NCBI GenBank assembly: GCA_002633005.1
Contig: NMRA01000838.1
Span: 1 to 64,000, forward strand
Length of the DNA: 64,000 bases
Reading direction: 5' to 3'
From: Phoronis australis
Taxonomy: Eukaryota > Animalia > Phoronida
Of this stretch, positions 1-12,700 are shown piece after piece. How positions within the stretch are numbered: position 1 is the first letter of the stretch; every line of letters starts with the position of its first letter. The translations under genes and the position numbers were made by a program. The notes under the pieces were generated by a model that made no database searches, was not told where the DNA came from, and worked only from the letters and a program-made list of their open reading frames with translations.

Positions 1-1080
1 ATTTTTTTAGATTACTAAACATAAAAAGTTTTCCTCTAGACCTATGATAACAAATTTTAATTGACTTAGAAAAGCGACACTGTCTGCCTGGGTCGGTGAG
101 AGAAATTCAAATATTAGTGTTGTATTACGTTTACTACATTTCTGGAAGTGTTCTAACAAACAACACAAATAAGAAAGAATGTAGGACAGTGCATGACACG
201 TTTATTCGAAATATGAGGACAAAACCGATAGCACAGGATAAATTGATTCCTGAGATTCGTAATCAATTGAACACGAGTTAGGAAACAATGCACTTAAATA
301 CGTTTGATTTTTTTCCATGTTAAAATAGAATAATTTCAGTATCGAGTAGTTCATAGAATGTTATGTCTAAGTTCATATCTTCAAACAGTAGGCGTCTCGG
401 AGTCTTCTGCTTGTACACTGTGTAAACAAATCTCAGAAACTTTTTTCATTTATTTTTGTATTGTGAATTAACTAGAGCTTTTAGGGAAGATGTTTTCAAT
501 GACATTGGTGAAACAGTGATGAACGGTGGTGATCCTTTTGGAATCAACTATTTGTATATTCATCAAGAAATGTAATTTTTATTCTAGCAAAGTATCGCAT
601 ATACCGTTGAAGACCATTGACGTAAGACGTGTGCCCCCGCTTCCTAAGCCAGTGAAGATTGAGGGCGCTTGTATGCTTTTGCGAATATTTTAAAACAGTT
701 ACTCTGTACCACAGAGAAATATATTTTTAGAAAGGGTAGACAGCTTGGTAGATCTGAAGATAAATTGATAAAATTTAGCCATGTTGTCGAAAACTAGGCG
801 AGCAGTGAGTGAGTGCGTGGTGTGTGCGTTTATTACGCCTTAGAGTGTATAACACATTGAGTAATTGGGAATAAATGCATCACTAAGTGAAAACGGCCGT
901 GATTACCTGAAAAATTTGAAGTCAACTGCATTTCCTTGTAAAAGTAACTGACAGGAAAATGATTGCATGTTTCACGTTAAAGTAGCAACATATCCATGTT
1001 CTCGTTTAGAAAACATCTTTCTTCCCACCTATATGGTTTCAGAAGAACGTTACCGACTTCCTGTCCTTACAACATGATTC

Positions 1081-1287
1081 GTCTAAACATATAACTATGG
1101 CCCTAATCTAAACATATAACTTTGGCCCTAGTCTAAACATAGAACTTTGACCCTAGTCTAAACATAGAACTCTGGCCCTAGTCTAAACATAGAACTTTGA
1201 CCCTAGTCTAAACATAGAGCTTTGGCCCTAGTCTAAACATAGAACTTTGGTCCTAGTCTAAACATAAAACTCTGGCCCTAGTCTAAA
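1081..1287. repeat. 25-bp minisatellite, ~8 copies (GTCTAAACATAGAACTTTGGCCCTA)
   Basis: GTCTAAACAT recurs every 25 nt from 1081 to 1281 with few substitutions. Confidence 0.95.
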
Positions 1288-2477
1288 ATCCAATTTTCAA
1301 ATTATCGACTCTTCCCCAAATCACACATGACGGTTTTTAAACTGAGTAAGGATTAAGATGAGACCATTTCTATAAAGCTTAATGGCCTAAACCAAACGTT
1401 GGAGTTTGACAGAAAGCACGGGTATAATGTCGAATGTGTTTCCATCTGGTAGAACCTTGTTACGGGCGGAATGGTAGCAGCAGTCAATAATTAAGTTAAA
1501 CCATAATGTGATAAGAGACTGCAGACAAAACTTGTTCTATAGTTCTAGACACAATGCTCGTTCTCTCGATAAGTAGAAGTCGTACTAGTAACCAGAGAAT
1601 GATTATTGTTGTGCATGCAGCCGCAGAGACGATGTATATAGTGCGCGGGATGTCCGCCCTACAGAAGTACCCCTGGTAAAGGTGTTGAAGTTAAGCCCCT
1701 TGTAATTAAATTAATGTTTGAAATCGCTTTGAAAATTTTCGTCGAATGATGTCAGTTTTATGTTTCAGTGGCTTAAATCTTTTCCTGTCCTCATACTAGG
1801 CCTCGGTATAGGACTGACTGGCCGATACGATATAGACTCTGGATTTTTCAGTCCTTGAATTCTTGTGTCTTATCAGGTTGTACCAGTAGTTACATCTCAG
1901 GCGTCCTCAGCTTCTGATCGTTCCCAATACCTTATACAATACTACAAGGTATGACACTCCCGGGACTAGCCTAGAGAAATTCCACGGCGGGTGCTTCACT
2001 TCAGCNCCGTCCATAACTTTACACAAAACTGGGGGGAGGGGGGTTTAACAAACCATGAGGAATTTTTGTTCCTCCCAATACCATTTACGTTGTCCTCCTC
2101 CACCGAGTTCGCAAAAAAAAATCGCGGTCAAAGCACAAAGATCTTCCCAAAAAGTCCGTCCGGAGCAACTCCCGTGTATCACGCGAAGGGTACGGAATTT
2201 TCCGATGAGTTACGAAACGGCAATTGCCGAGTTATCGATGCCGTGACTTTCCGTATATTTAGTATGGCTTTGTACCCAGGCCAGAGAACTCCCAGTCCCA
2301 GTGTGACCTTTAGACACATAATCTGTCTGTTGTAAGATGTAAGTATTCACGGAGACCCTGGACGAAAAAGCGGTTTAACCATTCTGCCACTTTGATTCTT
2401 GAGTTATCATTTGAACTACTCTTACGGATTACGACTGTCGAGCGAACGAGCGCTTGCTTACTGTACTCGACCAGGAC

Positions 2478-4132
2478 ATGGCGGGTCATACCACGCTACA
2501 GTCAACCATTGTACTGAACAGTGGTCATTCAATGCCACTTTTTGGGCTTGGCGTATCAAGAGTGACTAATGTTACCCACATTGTGTCTACAGCACTAAAG
2601 CACGGTTACAGACTTATTGACACAGCCGAACGATATGACAATGAAGTTGAAACTGGGGAAGGTATTAAACTGAGTGGTGTGCCAAGGAATCAACTTTTCA
2701 TTGTCACAAAGACTTTCGAGCATGGAGAAGATTATTGTAAGAATGCCATTGTGAGAAGTTTGGATAAACTTGGTCTACAGTACGTGGATCTCTATTTGAT
2801 TCATTCACCGTACGACATGGCCCAGTGGAGAAACAGACGGGAAATATCACCGTCAACACGTATCATTGAAACCTACGACACCCTCTTGAGTTTGAAGGAT
2901 CAAGGCTTCATTCGGTAAGTGAGTTTCGGTTAGAGAGCACTAATTCAATTTTTGCATCGCCAGTTTGTGTAATAGAACACGCTCAACTCATTAACTCATC
3001 AAAGTTGTTTGGAAAAATAATGCTTTGTCCCATACTAATTATCACGTGAGGCTGCATGTTGGAAATTTCTTGCTTCACCTAATTCGCCAGTTGGCAGTTT
3101 TGAAGGCAAGGCCTTTCATTTCATTCATCCATTCACATATGATATCTTGCTTGCTGTTAAATGAATGATGTCAGTGAAAGGGGTGACCTAGATGAGTAGC
3201 CTGGGACCCAGAGGCATTTTCTCGATGTGCTTTTTCACTAATAATGGGCTTAATCAATTTTATATTGGAGCAGACAATTTAACGTACCCATCAACCATAA
3301 AGTCTGTATATTCAGTTTACACAATGCAGATTTTCGGGGGAAATCTGTATAATTTTATTTTGTGCTAAACTGATTGGTTATTTTGAGACCTTTCAATTCT
3401 TAATGCTTTTGGCAGTTTTGAAACCTCTATTTTTCTTTATTACATGATTGGGTAGATTGGGTAGAAAACTGCACACGTAAATGGCCTGTGGCCGAAGGAA
3501 AAGTGTGTGTTAGAGTCCTGATTTGAACAACTGAGATATCAGGAAAATGATTTTGAAAAATGTAAACCCATTTTGGACATGTGTGAGATTGCGAATGCTT
3601 AATTGTGCATCTTTATAGCTGCAAATTATTTCTTTTTAATCATATTGCGATTTGTTTTTGTGAAATGAGTCAGTCTGTCGATGATTTTACTTCCAGATCG
3701 GTCGGCGTTTCGAATTTTGGTATACAGCATCTGGAGGGTCTGCGACAAGCTGGGCGTCCTGCACCAGCTGTCAATCAAATTGAGGTCAATCCGTGGACGC
3801 AAAAACGTGACCTTGTTGATTACTGCCGAGAACATGACATCCAAGTGATGGGATATTCACCACTGTGCAAGGCACATAAACTTGACGAGCCTGGCTTGGT
3901 GCAAATAGCGGAAAAACATAAGAAAACGCCAGCTCAGATTGCCATTCGCTGGAGTGTGCAGAAAAGGTTTGTGACCATTCCGAAGACGAGTCAAGTCAGC
4001 CGATTACAAGAAAATGCGGACGTCTTTGATATAGATTTGTCAGCAGAAGATATGGAGGTTCTTGGTAACACTGAATTCCATGAAAGCAGGCTGTGGCCGT
4101 CTGACCCTACACAGTTACCTTGGACTGGATAA
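2478..4132 (+). CDS. aldo-keto reductase family protein, 2 exons (2478-2914, 3697-4132), ~290 aa
   Basis: AKR motifs MPLFGLG, GYRLIDTAERYDNE (catalytic D and Y), VTK (K), DLYLIHSP (H), SVGVSNF, VNQIE, YSPL, TPAQIAIRW, IPK. The GTAAGT donor at 2915 and TTCCAG acceptor ending at 3696 join in frame (CG/A = Arg). Confidence 0.93.
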
Positions 4133-4488
4133 ATTGCCATTAGCATTAGGAAAGTTTGCCAAAAAGGCTTGATGTCACATCCATTTTTCTTTAACACGGT
4201 GGAAGACCGTAGACTTTCTTAATCACCTACCGTATTGACGAGCGTTTAGGCCCATGGGCCTATATCCAAATGATACCTTTTTTATCATTTTTTACCTAAG
4301 TGGTTTGCATATTGGGTTTGTGCGTGCGTCTGAGTTTCACATTTAGTCCATGTAATGTACCCTGCATAGACCCAGACCCATGCATTAATCCACATATGAG
4401 CGCACCGGTTTTGCCTCGTAATAGCGGTTTTTGTAATACGTTTGCCTCTGTATCTCAAGAACTTTGGTAAATAGTTTTGCCTGTAGAC

Positions 4489-5244
4489 NNNNNNNNNNNN
4501 NNNNNNNNNNNNNNNNNNNNNNNNNNNNNNNNNNNNNNNNNNNNNNNNNNNNNNNNNNNNNNNNNNNNNNNNNNNNNNNNNNNNNNNNNNNNNNNNNNNN
4601 NNNNNNNNNNNNNNNNNNNNNNNNNNNNNNNNNNNNNNNNNNNNNNNNNNNNNNNNNNNNNNNNNNNNNNNNNNNNNNNNNNNNNNNNNNNNNNNNNNNN
4701 NNNNNNNNNNNNNNNNNNNNNNNNNNNNNNNNNNNNNNNNNNNNNNNNNNNNNNNNNNNNNNNNNNNNNNNNNNNNNNNNNNNNNNNNNNNNNNNNNNNN
4801 NNNNNNNNNNNNNNNNNNNNNNNNNNNNNNNNNNNNNNNNNNNNNNNNNNNNNNNNNNNNNNNNNNNNNNNNNNNNNNNNNNNNNNNNNNNNNNNNNNNN
4901 NNNNNNNNNNNNNNNNNNNNNNNNNNNNNNNNNNNNNNNNNNNNNNNNNNNNNNNNNNNNNNNNNNNNNNNNNNNNNNNNNNNNNNNNNNNNNNNNNNNN
5001 NNNNNNNNNNNNNNNNNNNNNNNNNNNNNNNNNNNNNNNNNNNNNNNNNNNNNNNNNNNNNNNNNNNNNNNNNNNNNNNNNNNNNNNNNNNNNNNNNNNN
5101 NNNNNNNNNNNNNNNNNNNNNNNNNNNNNNNNNNNNNNNNNNNNNNNNNNNNNNNNNNNNNNNNNNNNNNNNNNNNNNNNNNNNNNNNNNNNNNNNNNNN
5201 NNNNNNNNNNNNNNNNNNNNNNNNNNNNNNNNNNNNNNNNNNNN
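4489..5244. other. assembly gap (756 N)
   Basis: run of N; ORFs spanning it are artefacts. Confidence 1.
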
Positions 5245-6587
5245 AACTAACAAACTGAACACCTGGACAATGTCACGAATAGATAACCCACAGATATTAC
5301 TTTTCAACTGGTCAACTCAAATATTAAACATGACTAATAATATAAAGACGACGGGAACATGTTCATTAACACTACAATTATTTGATGAACAAATTATGAA
5401 TAAAAGAACTTCTGTAAACTCATTGTAACTTTGCAGAGCGGCCTGGCTGCCGGACAAAATTACAGCCAATTTCCCATCGATTCATACTTTGTTCATCAAC
5501 GCCTTGTCCAGGATGACTGATAACGTCCTTCACCTAACACTACTACAATGTTTGTTCACAACAACATCTGAAGTAAACACATCTTTACATTTTTAGTGTT
5601 AAATATTTACATCATTTACTAAATATTGTCAGCTAGACCTCTTTATTTACAGTTCAATTTTGTTGCAGCAGGTTTACAAAGTAAACCTCAAGACAAGCTG
5701 GGTGTTTTGATTACAAGCATCTTCATCAACAATAATAAATAACTTGAGGTGACATCTATTGTCAACAGACTTAAGTAACTGAATACTAAAAACAAAATCA
5801 CTCCATAATGAAAGCACAGAAAACAATGCAGATTACACGGTGCACATGTTCACATATACCTGAACCCATCAACATAATCCCATAAGGTTGTGATGGAAAA
5901 ATTCCAAATTTGGAACAGCATACCTCAGAAATGGCTCAGCAGATAATATGCTTTCTGCACAGTTCCCCAGACTGCGTTCAGGAATTGTTTAAAATATTAC
6001 GCTTTATTTAGCATGGGGCTATCAAAAAATAGAACTTTTATGATTTTTGTGAAAGAAAATTAAAAGTTGCATAAAATGAAATGGCAATTTAAAAAAAACA
6101 GTAACAACTCTTTTGAGATTTCATCTCAAAAATTTATGTCCAAAGAAACTTGGTCATATTATTAATACCATTGTTTTGCTATGAATGTACCTTTCTTTTT
6201 CACCATATTTTACTAAAAGATATGGTCATGTGACCCAATTAATGGCTGTTTGGTGTGAAAAAATTGAATTCTACACACATTCCACATTCAGAAAATACAT
6301 ACATTCACTGTGAGTTAAATTTATGAGTTTTGCAGATTTTTGAGTAAATGCAAAGACTTGCCGATAAGGACCTACATATCAGACTGAATAAAACAGTTTC
6401 ATGAAAATTACAGGCCATGAATGTAAATTTTACGCTGCCTAAAAATGACTGATCTTGAACACTGGATTAGGATGTACCCTCCCTTGCGATGAACAGCTAC
6501 GATTACAATGAACAGCGGCTGATTTTGCAGTCCCACAATTTGAAGAACGTAGAAATGCACTAATGCCACTACTGATACTGCATCACT

Positions 6588-6823
6588 TTTGAATTGCGTA
6601 CATAAACAGTACATAGAGGTATTGTATTACTGCAGGTCTATTTCTTTTGAATTGCATACATAAACAGTACAGAGAGGTATTGTATTACTGCAGGTCTATT
6701 TCTTTTGAATTGCATACATAAACAGTACAGAGAGGTATTGTATTACTGCAGGTCTATTTCTTTTGAATTGCGTTCATAAACAGTACAAAGAGGTATTGTA
6801 TTACTGCAGGTCTATTTCTTTTG
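6588..6823. repeat. 58-bp minisatellite, ~4 copies
   Basis: unit TTTTGAATTGCATACATAAACAGTACAGAGAGGTATTGTATTACTGCAGGTCTATTTC; CATAAAC at 6601, 6659, 6717. Confidence 0.93.
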
Positions 6824-6931
6824 ACTGTCATTTAAGATGCAAATGACCTGTAAAAAAACCTACCTTGGTTTATAACAATTCTCATTATAATGTCCATATT
6901 TCACAGGTACCTTGAAGTACATTATAACGAN

Positions 6932-7783
6932 TGCATACATAAACAGTACAGAGGTATTGTATTACTGCAGGTCTATTTCTTTTGAATTGCGTACATAAAC
7001 AGTACAGAGAGGTATTGTATTACTGCAGGTCTATTTCTTTTGAATTGCATACATAAACAGTACAGAGGTATTGTATTACTGCAGGTCTATTTCTTTTGAA
7101 TTGCGTACATAAACAGTACAGAGAGGTATTGTATTACTGCAGGTCTATTTCTTTTGAATTGCATACATAAACAGTACAGAGGTATTGTATTACTGCAGGT
7201 CTATTTCTTTTGAATTGCGTACATAAACAGTACAGAGAGGTATTGTATTACTGCAGGTCTATTTCTTTTGAATTGCATACATAAACAGTACAGAGGTATT
7301 GTATTACTGCAGGTCTATTTCTTTTGAATTGCGTACATAAACAGTACAGAGAGGTATTGTATTACTGCAGGTCTATTTCTTTTGAATTGCATACATAAAC
7401 AGTACAGAGGTATTGTATTACTGCAGGTCTATTTCTTTTGAATTGCGTACATAAACAGTACAGAGAGGTATTGTATTACTGCAGGTCTATTTCTTTTGAA
7501 TTGCATACATAAACAGTACAGAGGTATTGTATTACTGCAGGTCTATTTCTTTTGAATTGCGTACATAAACAGTACAGAGAGGTATTGTATTACTGCAGGT
7601 CTATTTCTTTTGAATTGCATACATAAACAGTACAGAGGTATTGTATTACTGCAGGTCTATTTCTTTTGAATTGCATACATAAACAGTACAGAGGTATTGT
7701 ATTACTGCAGGTCTATTTCTTTTGAATTGCATACATAAACAGTACAGAGAGATATTGTATTACTGCAGGTCTATTTCTTTTGA
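6932..7783. repeat. 56/58-bp minisatellite, ~15 copies, mostly an alternating 114-bp dimer
   Basis: same unit as 6588-6823; GCATACA/AGAGG (56 bp) and GCGTACA/AGAGAGG (58 bp) variants alternate; starts just after the single N at 6931. Confidence 0.95.
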
Positions 7784-8729
7784 CTGAAGTCATTCAAGAT
7801 GCAAATGACCTGTAAAAAAACCTACCTTGGTTTATAACAATTATTATAATGTCCATATTTCACAGGTACCTTGAAGTACATTATAACGAGGTTCAACTAC
7901 AGTAGTTGCAAAACTACTTTTTGCATGATGTAAAGAGCTACACAGAATGACCTCATCAACCCACTATGTACTAACTAATGCAGCACAATGCATCCAAAGA
8001 AAATCACAGGTCAGTCATCCCATAAAAGAACAGATACATATTAGATTTCGTGTAAAGCGCTACCTGTTTTGTGCTGATAATACCTATTAATGGAAAGCAA
8101 AGATGACCTATCCCCGGAGCTCTGTAACTGTGTTAACCTTTAAACAGTTGGATAGCATTAAAAAATGGCGTCCAATCATCTACAATTCAGTCAGAAATAA
8201 CCACCACATCTACAAACCGGAAAGATGGGACCAAGGTGAATAACATAAACAACCCAGTTCAAAAGGAGGCTTTCGCAATGTAATGAGGTCTGATTGTGTA
8301 ATTACTTTATAATAATATACTGACCCCTACCTCATGAGAAGGTAATCAGAATTTTGTTAAAACATCTCAAACACGTTTCTATTCACTGTAACAAATTCTT
8401 TTCAGAAACTAAAGAATTTTCCCCTATGCCTACCCCACATATTAAAATTTATAAGTACCTTGCTACCCAGGCAGATGGCAGCAGCAGTCATGGGTATCAT
8501 GTGATCAGTCAGCAATGCATTAGGCGTCTCTTGCTGCTAATGTTATTCAGGCAAAATTACTACACAACTAATATACACAAGGAGTCCAACTCAACTGAAA
8601 TTTTGAGCAGATATTACATCTCTGAAGTTGCTTTGTTCATGCACAGTTTCAATAAATTACAACACTGAGAACAATTCTCAGAATGTCATCCACACCTCGG
8701 AAATGTTTAACTGCACAGATGTCAGAACA

Positions 8730-8867
8730 TGTTCACACAGCCAAATCACTTCAATGGTCATGGATCACAGACATCTGTTCACACTTCCAAATCACTTCAA
8801 TGGTCATGGATCACAGAAATCTGTTCACACTGCCAAATCACTTCAATGGTCATGGATCACAGACATC
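8730..8867. repeat. 46-bp tandem repeat, 3 copies
   Basis: GTTCACAC..CCAAATCACTTCAATGGTCATGGATCACAGA at 8731, 8777, 8823. Confidence 0.9.
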
Positions 8868-8888
8868 AATAACGTCATATACATTATT

Positions 8889-9055
8889 TGTGGTCACTGT
8901 GCCATAACTCCAGAAGTCCGACATGCAAGAAGAACTTGCACAGGATTGACCACAGCTCCACCTTCAGTACACCTTACATGTGGTCACTGCGCTGTTACTC
9001 CAAACACAGGTCCAACACGCAGGAAGAACTTCCGCAGGATTGACCGCAGCTCCAA
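8889..9055. repeat. diverged ~90-bp direct duplication
   Basis: TGTGGTCACTG...AAGAACTT...CAGGATTGACC.CAGCTCCA occurs twice. Confidence 0.7.
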
Positions 9056-9778
9056 CTTCAAGTCATTCAGCATAATCTCGCACATCATACCATAATATTC
9101 AGATGCATGTGACCGGAACTGAAATGTTGAACAAGTTACATCAAGCAGAAAATCATAAACAAGTTATAACACACTGATAATGGTAAACACGTTAGTAGCA
9201 AATGGAGGTAGTTAACATCAGATTTGTCACGATAAAAAATAGTACATAATTGTGCAATAATTATGCTCGTAATTAGTGAAAAACAGGATCCCAATGTAAA
9301 ATGCTTCACCAGGAAACGAGATATACTAACATTAGTAATTCCAAATTAACATCAGCACTTCAATGGACGTAAAGTCCACTGAGTAAAGGTACAACTCTAC
9401 AAGGGATAAATCTCGGCTTCAGCTGTCTCTTTGGCAACAACACTGCCCCATCGGTCGACAACAGTTTCGCTTCAGAATGAAGGAACTTGATAAGTGCCAC
9501 CTACCCGATCATCGGTCAGTTGTAGCACCCTGGTGAGGAAGAGCAGTAAGAAACTGGCCCAGGCGTCACGGTGGCTCTCTGACTGAAGGCATATGTAGTA
9601 CCTTAGGGCCTCACGACAGATGCTGAACGACAGTCAGTGGACTTCAGTATAAAAATGCTTAATAAGTGATCACCAATGACAGAGATTTATACAGAACCTA
9701 ATGAAAGCACAGTCATGTTAAAAAAGTAGCAGATCTGAGCATGCATAGTTGTGTCACTTTCGAATCGTTTTTCAATCC

Positions 9779-12700
9779 AAAACGTTTTTAGCCATATTTC
9801 GGGGTGTGCATGCGCCACGTCCAATATTTCCGCCATCTTTAACCGGAAGTCAACGATTTTCTGCACAATTGTAGCACATGCGTTGTAGTATATTTGTACC
9901 GATTTGCAGCCATGAAGGTCGAAAAATGCGGCCTCTACGAGTATTTGACTGTGAAATCGGATACAAAATTGGCGCCACGTCCGCCATTTTGTATCCGATC
10001 ATGACAAAAAACAATAGCGTTCCAGTGATTCCCGATCTACATGTTGTGTGCAAATTTCGTGAAAATCGGACCACAATTGCGACCTGTAGAGAGCGAACAA
10101 ACAAAAAAAACGAGAGCGCTCGGAAGAGCGACACTTGGCGGAATTAATCGAAAAAACGACAATGAGAGCGACGACGACAATCATGACGATCAAGGCCGCA
10201 ATAATGGATAACAAAGTAACATTCATGTGACTAGCGACGAAATCAAATAGAGAGCATACAATGAACTACAATAAAGAAAGATGGCGCAACATGACGGACG
10301 AGCCATGCTTTAAAGTAGGACAGTGCTGGCTGGGTCAGTCTGGGTCAACTAGGCATAACCAAAACAAAGTGAACTGAAAGCCAGCCACCGGCGCGCTTGC
10401 ATAGGGACAACGGTATCCGAAAATCTCTAATAATTCAAAAAGTAAACGTCGTAGCGCAAAATGGAAAGTATCTTCTGAAAGCCCGTTCAAATCTCTACCT
10501 AATGTGGTAGTTTGGCAAAAATCCAAAAAATTTTCGAGAAAATTGAAAATTTGCCGTTTTTTTTGAAATTCAAAGTCAAATAACTCGAAAACGGTAAGTC
10601 TGAGAAATACGCTCTCCTAGACTTTTTGAAAGACCATACTTCAAGGAATCCACATCCAAAAATTCACGTCATTTGCTCTACCCATAAAAAATGCGACACC
10701 AGAGCGATTGAAACCGTGTGAACATGCCCCACAGCCGCCATCTTGAAGGTGACTTCCGGTTCAATAATTTTTTATAAAAGCTTATTAAACTCAACGAACA
10801 CGTGACCAGTTTGAAAGTGATTGGTTTGTAATTGCGCCCTCTACAGGAGAAAACGTTTTTAGCCCTATTACGGGGTGCGCATGCGCCAGGTCCAATATTT
10901 CCCCCATCTTTAACTGGAAGTCAACGATTTTCTGCACAATTGTAGAACATGCGCTCTAGTATATTCCTACCGATTTTCAGCCATGAAGGTCGAAAAATGC
11001 GGCCTCTACGAGTATTTGACTGTGAAATCGGATACAAAATGGCCGCCACGTCCGCCATTCTGTATCCGATCATGACCAAAAACAATAGCGTTCCAGTGAT
11101 TCCCGATCTACATGTTGTGTGCAAATTTCGTGAAAATCGGACCAGAATTGCGACCTGTAGAGAGCGAACAAACAAAAAAAAACAAAAAAAAACGAGAGCG
11201 CTCGGAAGAGCGACACTTGGCGGAATTAATCGAAAAGACGACAATGAGAGCGACGACGACAATCATGACGATCAAGGCGGCAATAATGGATAACACGGTA
11301 ACATTTATGTGACTAGCGAAGAAATCGAATAGAGAGCATATAATGACCTACAATGAAGAACAATAGATGACACAACATGACGGTCCAGTCTACAGTAGAA
11401 CAGTGCTGGCTGGGTCAGTCTGGGTCAACTAGGCATAATCAAAACAAAGTGAACTGAAAGCCAGCCAGCTGCGTGTGACCGAAGGAATAATGGTATTCGA
11501 AAATCTCGAATAATTCAAAAAGTAGACGTCGTAGCGCAAGTTGAAAATTATCATCTGAAAGCCCGTTCAAAACTCTATCTAAAGTGGTAGTTTGTCAAAC
11601 ACGATAACATTCATGTGACTAGCAAAAAATCAAATAGAGAGCATACAATCAACTACAATAAAGAACAATAGATGGCGCAACATGACGGACGAGCCATGCT
11701 TTAAAGTAGGACAGTGCTGGCTGGGTCAGTCTGGGTCTGGTAGTTTGGCAAAAATCCAAAAAAATTTCGAGAAAATTGAAAATTTGCTGTTTTTTTTTTG
11801 AAATTCAATGTCAAATAACTCGAAAACGGTAAGTCTGAGAAATACGCTCTCGCAGACTTTTTGAAACGTCATTTGCTCTTCCCATAAAAAATGTGACACC
11901 AGAGCGATTGAAACCGTGTGAACATGCCCCACAGCCGCCATCTTGAAGGTGACTTCCGGTTCAATAACTTTTTATAAAAGCTTATTAAACTCAACAAACA
12001 GGTGAACAGTTTGAAAGTGATTGGTTTGCAATTGCGCCCTATACAGGAGAAAACGTTTTTAGCCATATTTTGGGGTGCGCATGCTCCACGTCCAATATTT
12101 CCGCTATCTTTTACCGGAAGTCAACGATTTTCTGCAAAAATTGTAGCACATCCATTCTAGTATATTCGTACTGACTTTCAGCCATGTAGGTAAAAAAATG
12201 CGGCCTCTACGAGTATTTGACTGTGAAATCGGATACAAAATGGCCGCCACGTCCGCCATTCTGTATCCGATCATGACCAAAAACAATAGCGTTCCAGTGA
12301 TTCCCGATCTACATGTTGTGTGCAAATTTCGTGAAAATCGGACCAGAATTGCGACCTGTAGAGAGCGAACAAACAAAAAAAAACAAAAAAAAACGAGAGC
12401 GCTCGGAAGAGCGACACTTGGCGGAATTAATCGAAAAGACGACAATGAGAGCGACGACGACAATCATGACGATCAAGGCGGCAATAATGGATAACACGGT
12501 AACATTTATGTGACTAGCGAAGAAATCGAATAGAGAGCATATAATGACCTACAATGAAGAACAATAGATGACACAACATGACGGTCCAGTCTACAGTAGA
12601 ACAGTGCTGGCTGGGTCAGTCTGGGTCAACTAGGCATAATCAAAACAAAGTGAACTGAAAGCCAGCCAGCTGCGTGTGACCGAAGGAATAATGGTATTCG

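Noticed and set aside
4285-5307. Long ORFs across the N run
   Set aside because: Artefacts of the assembly gap
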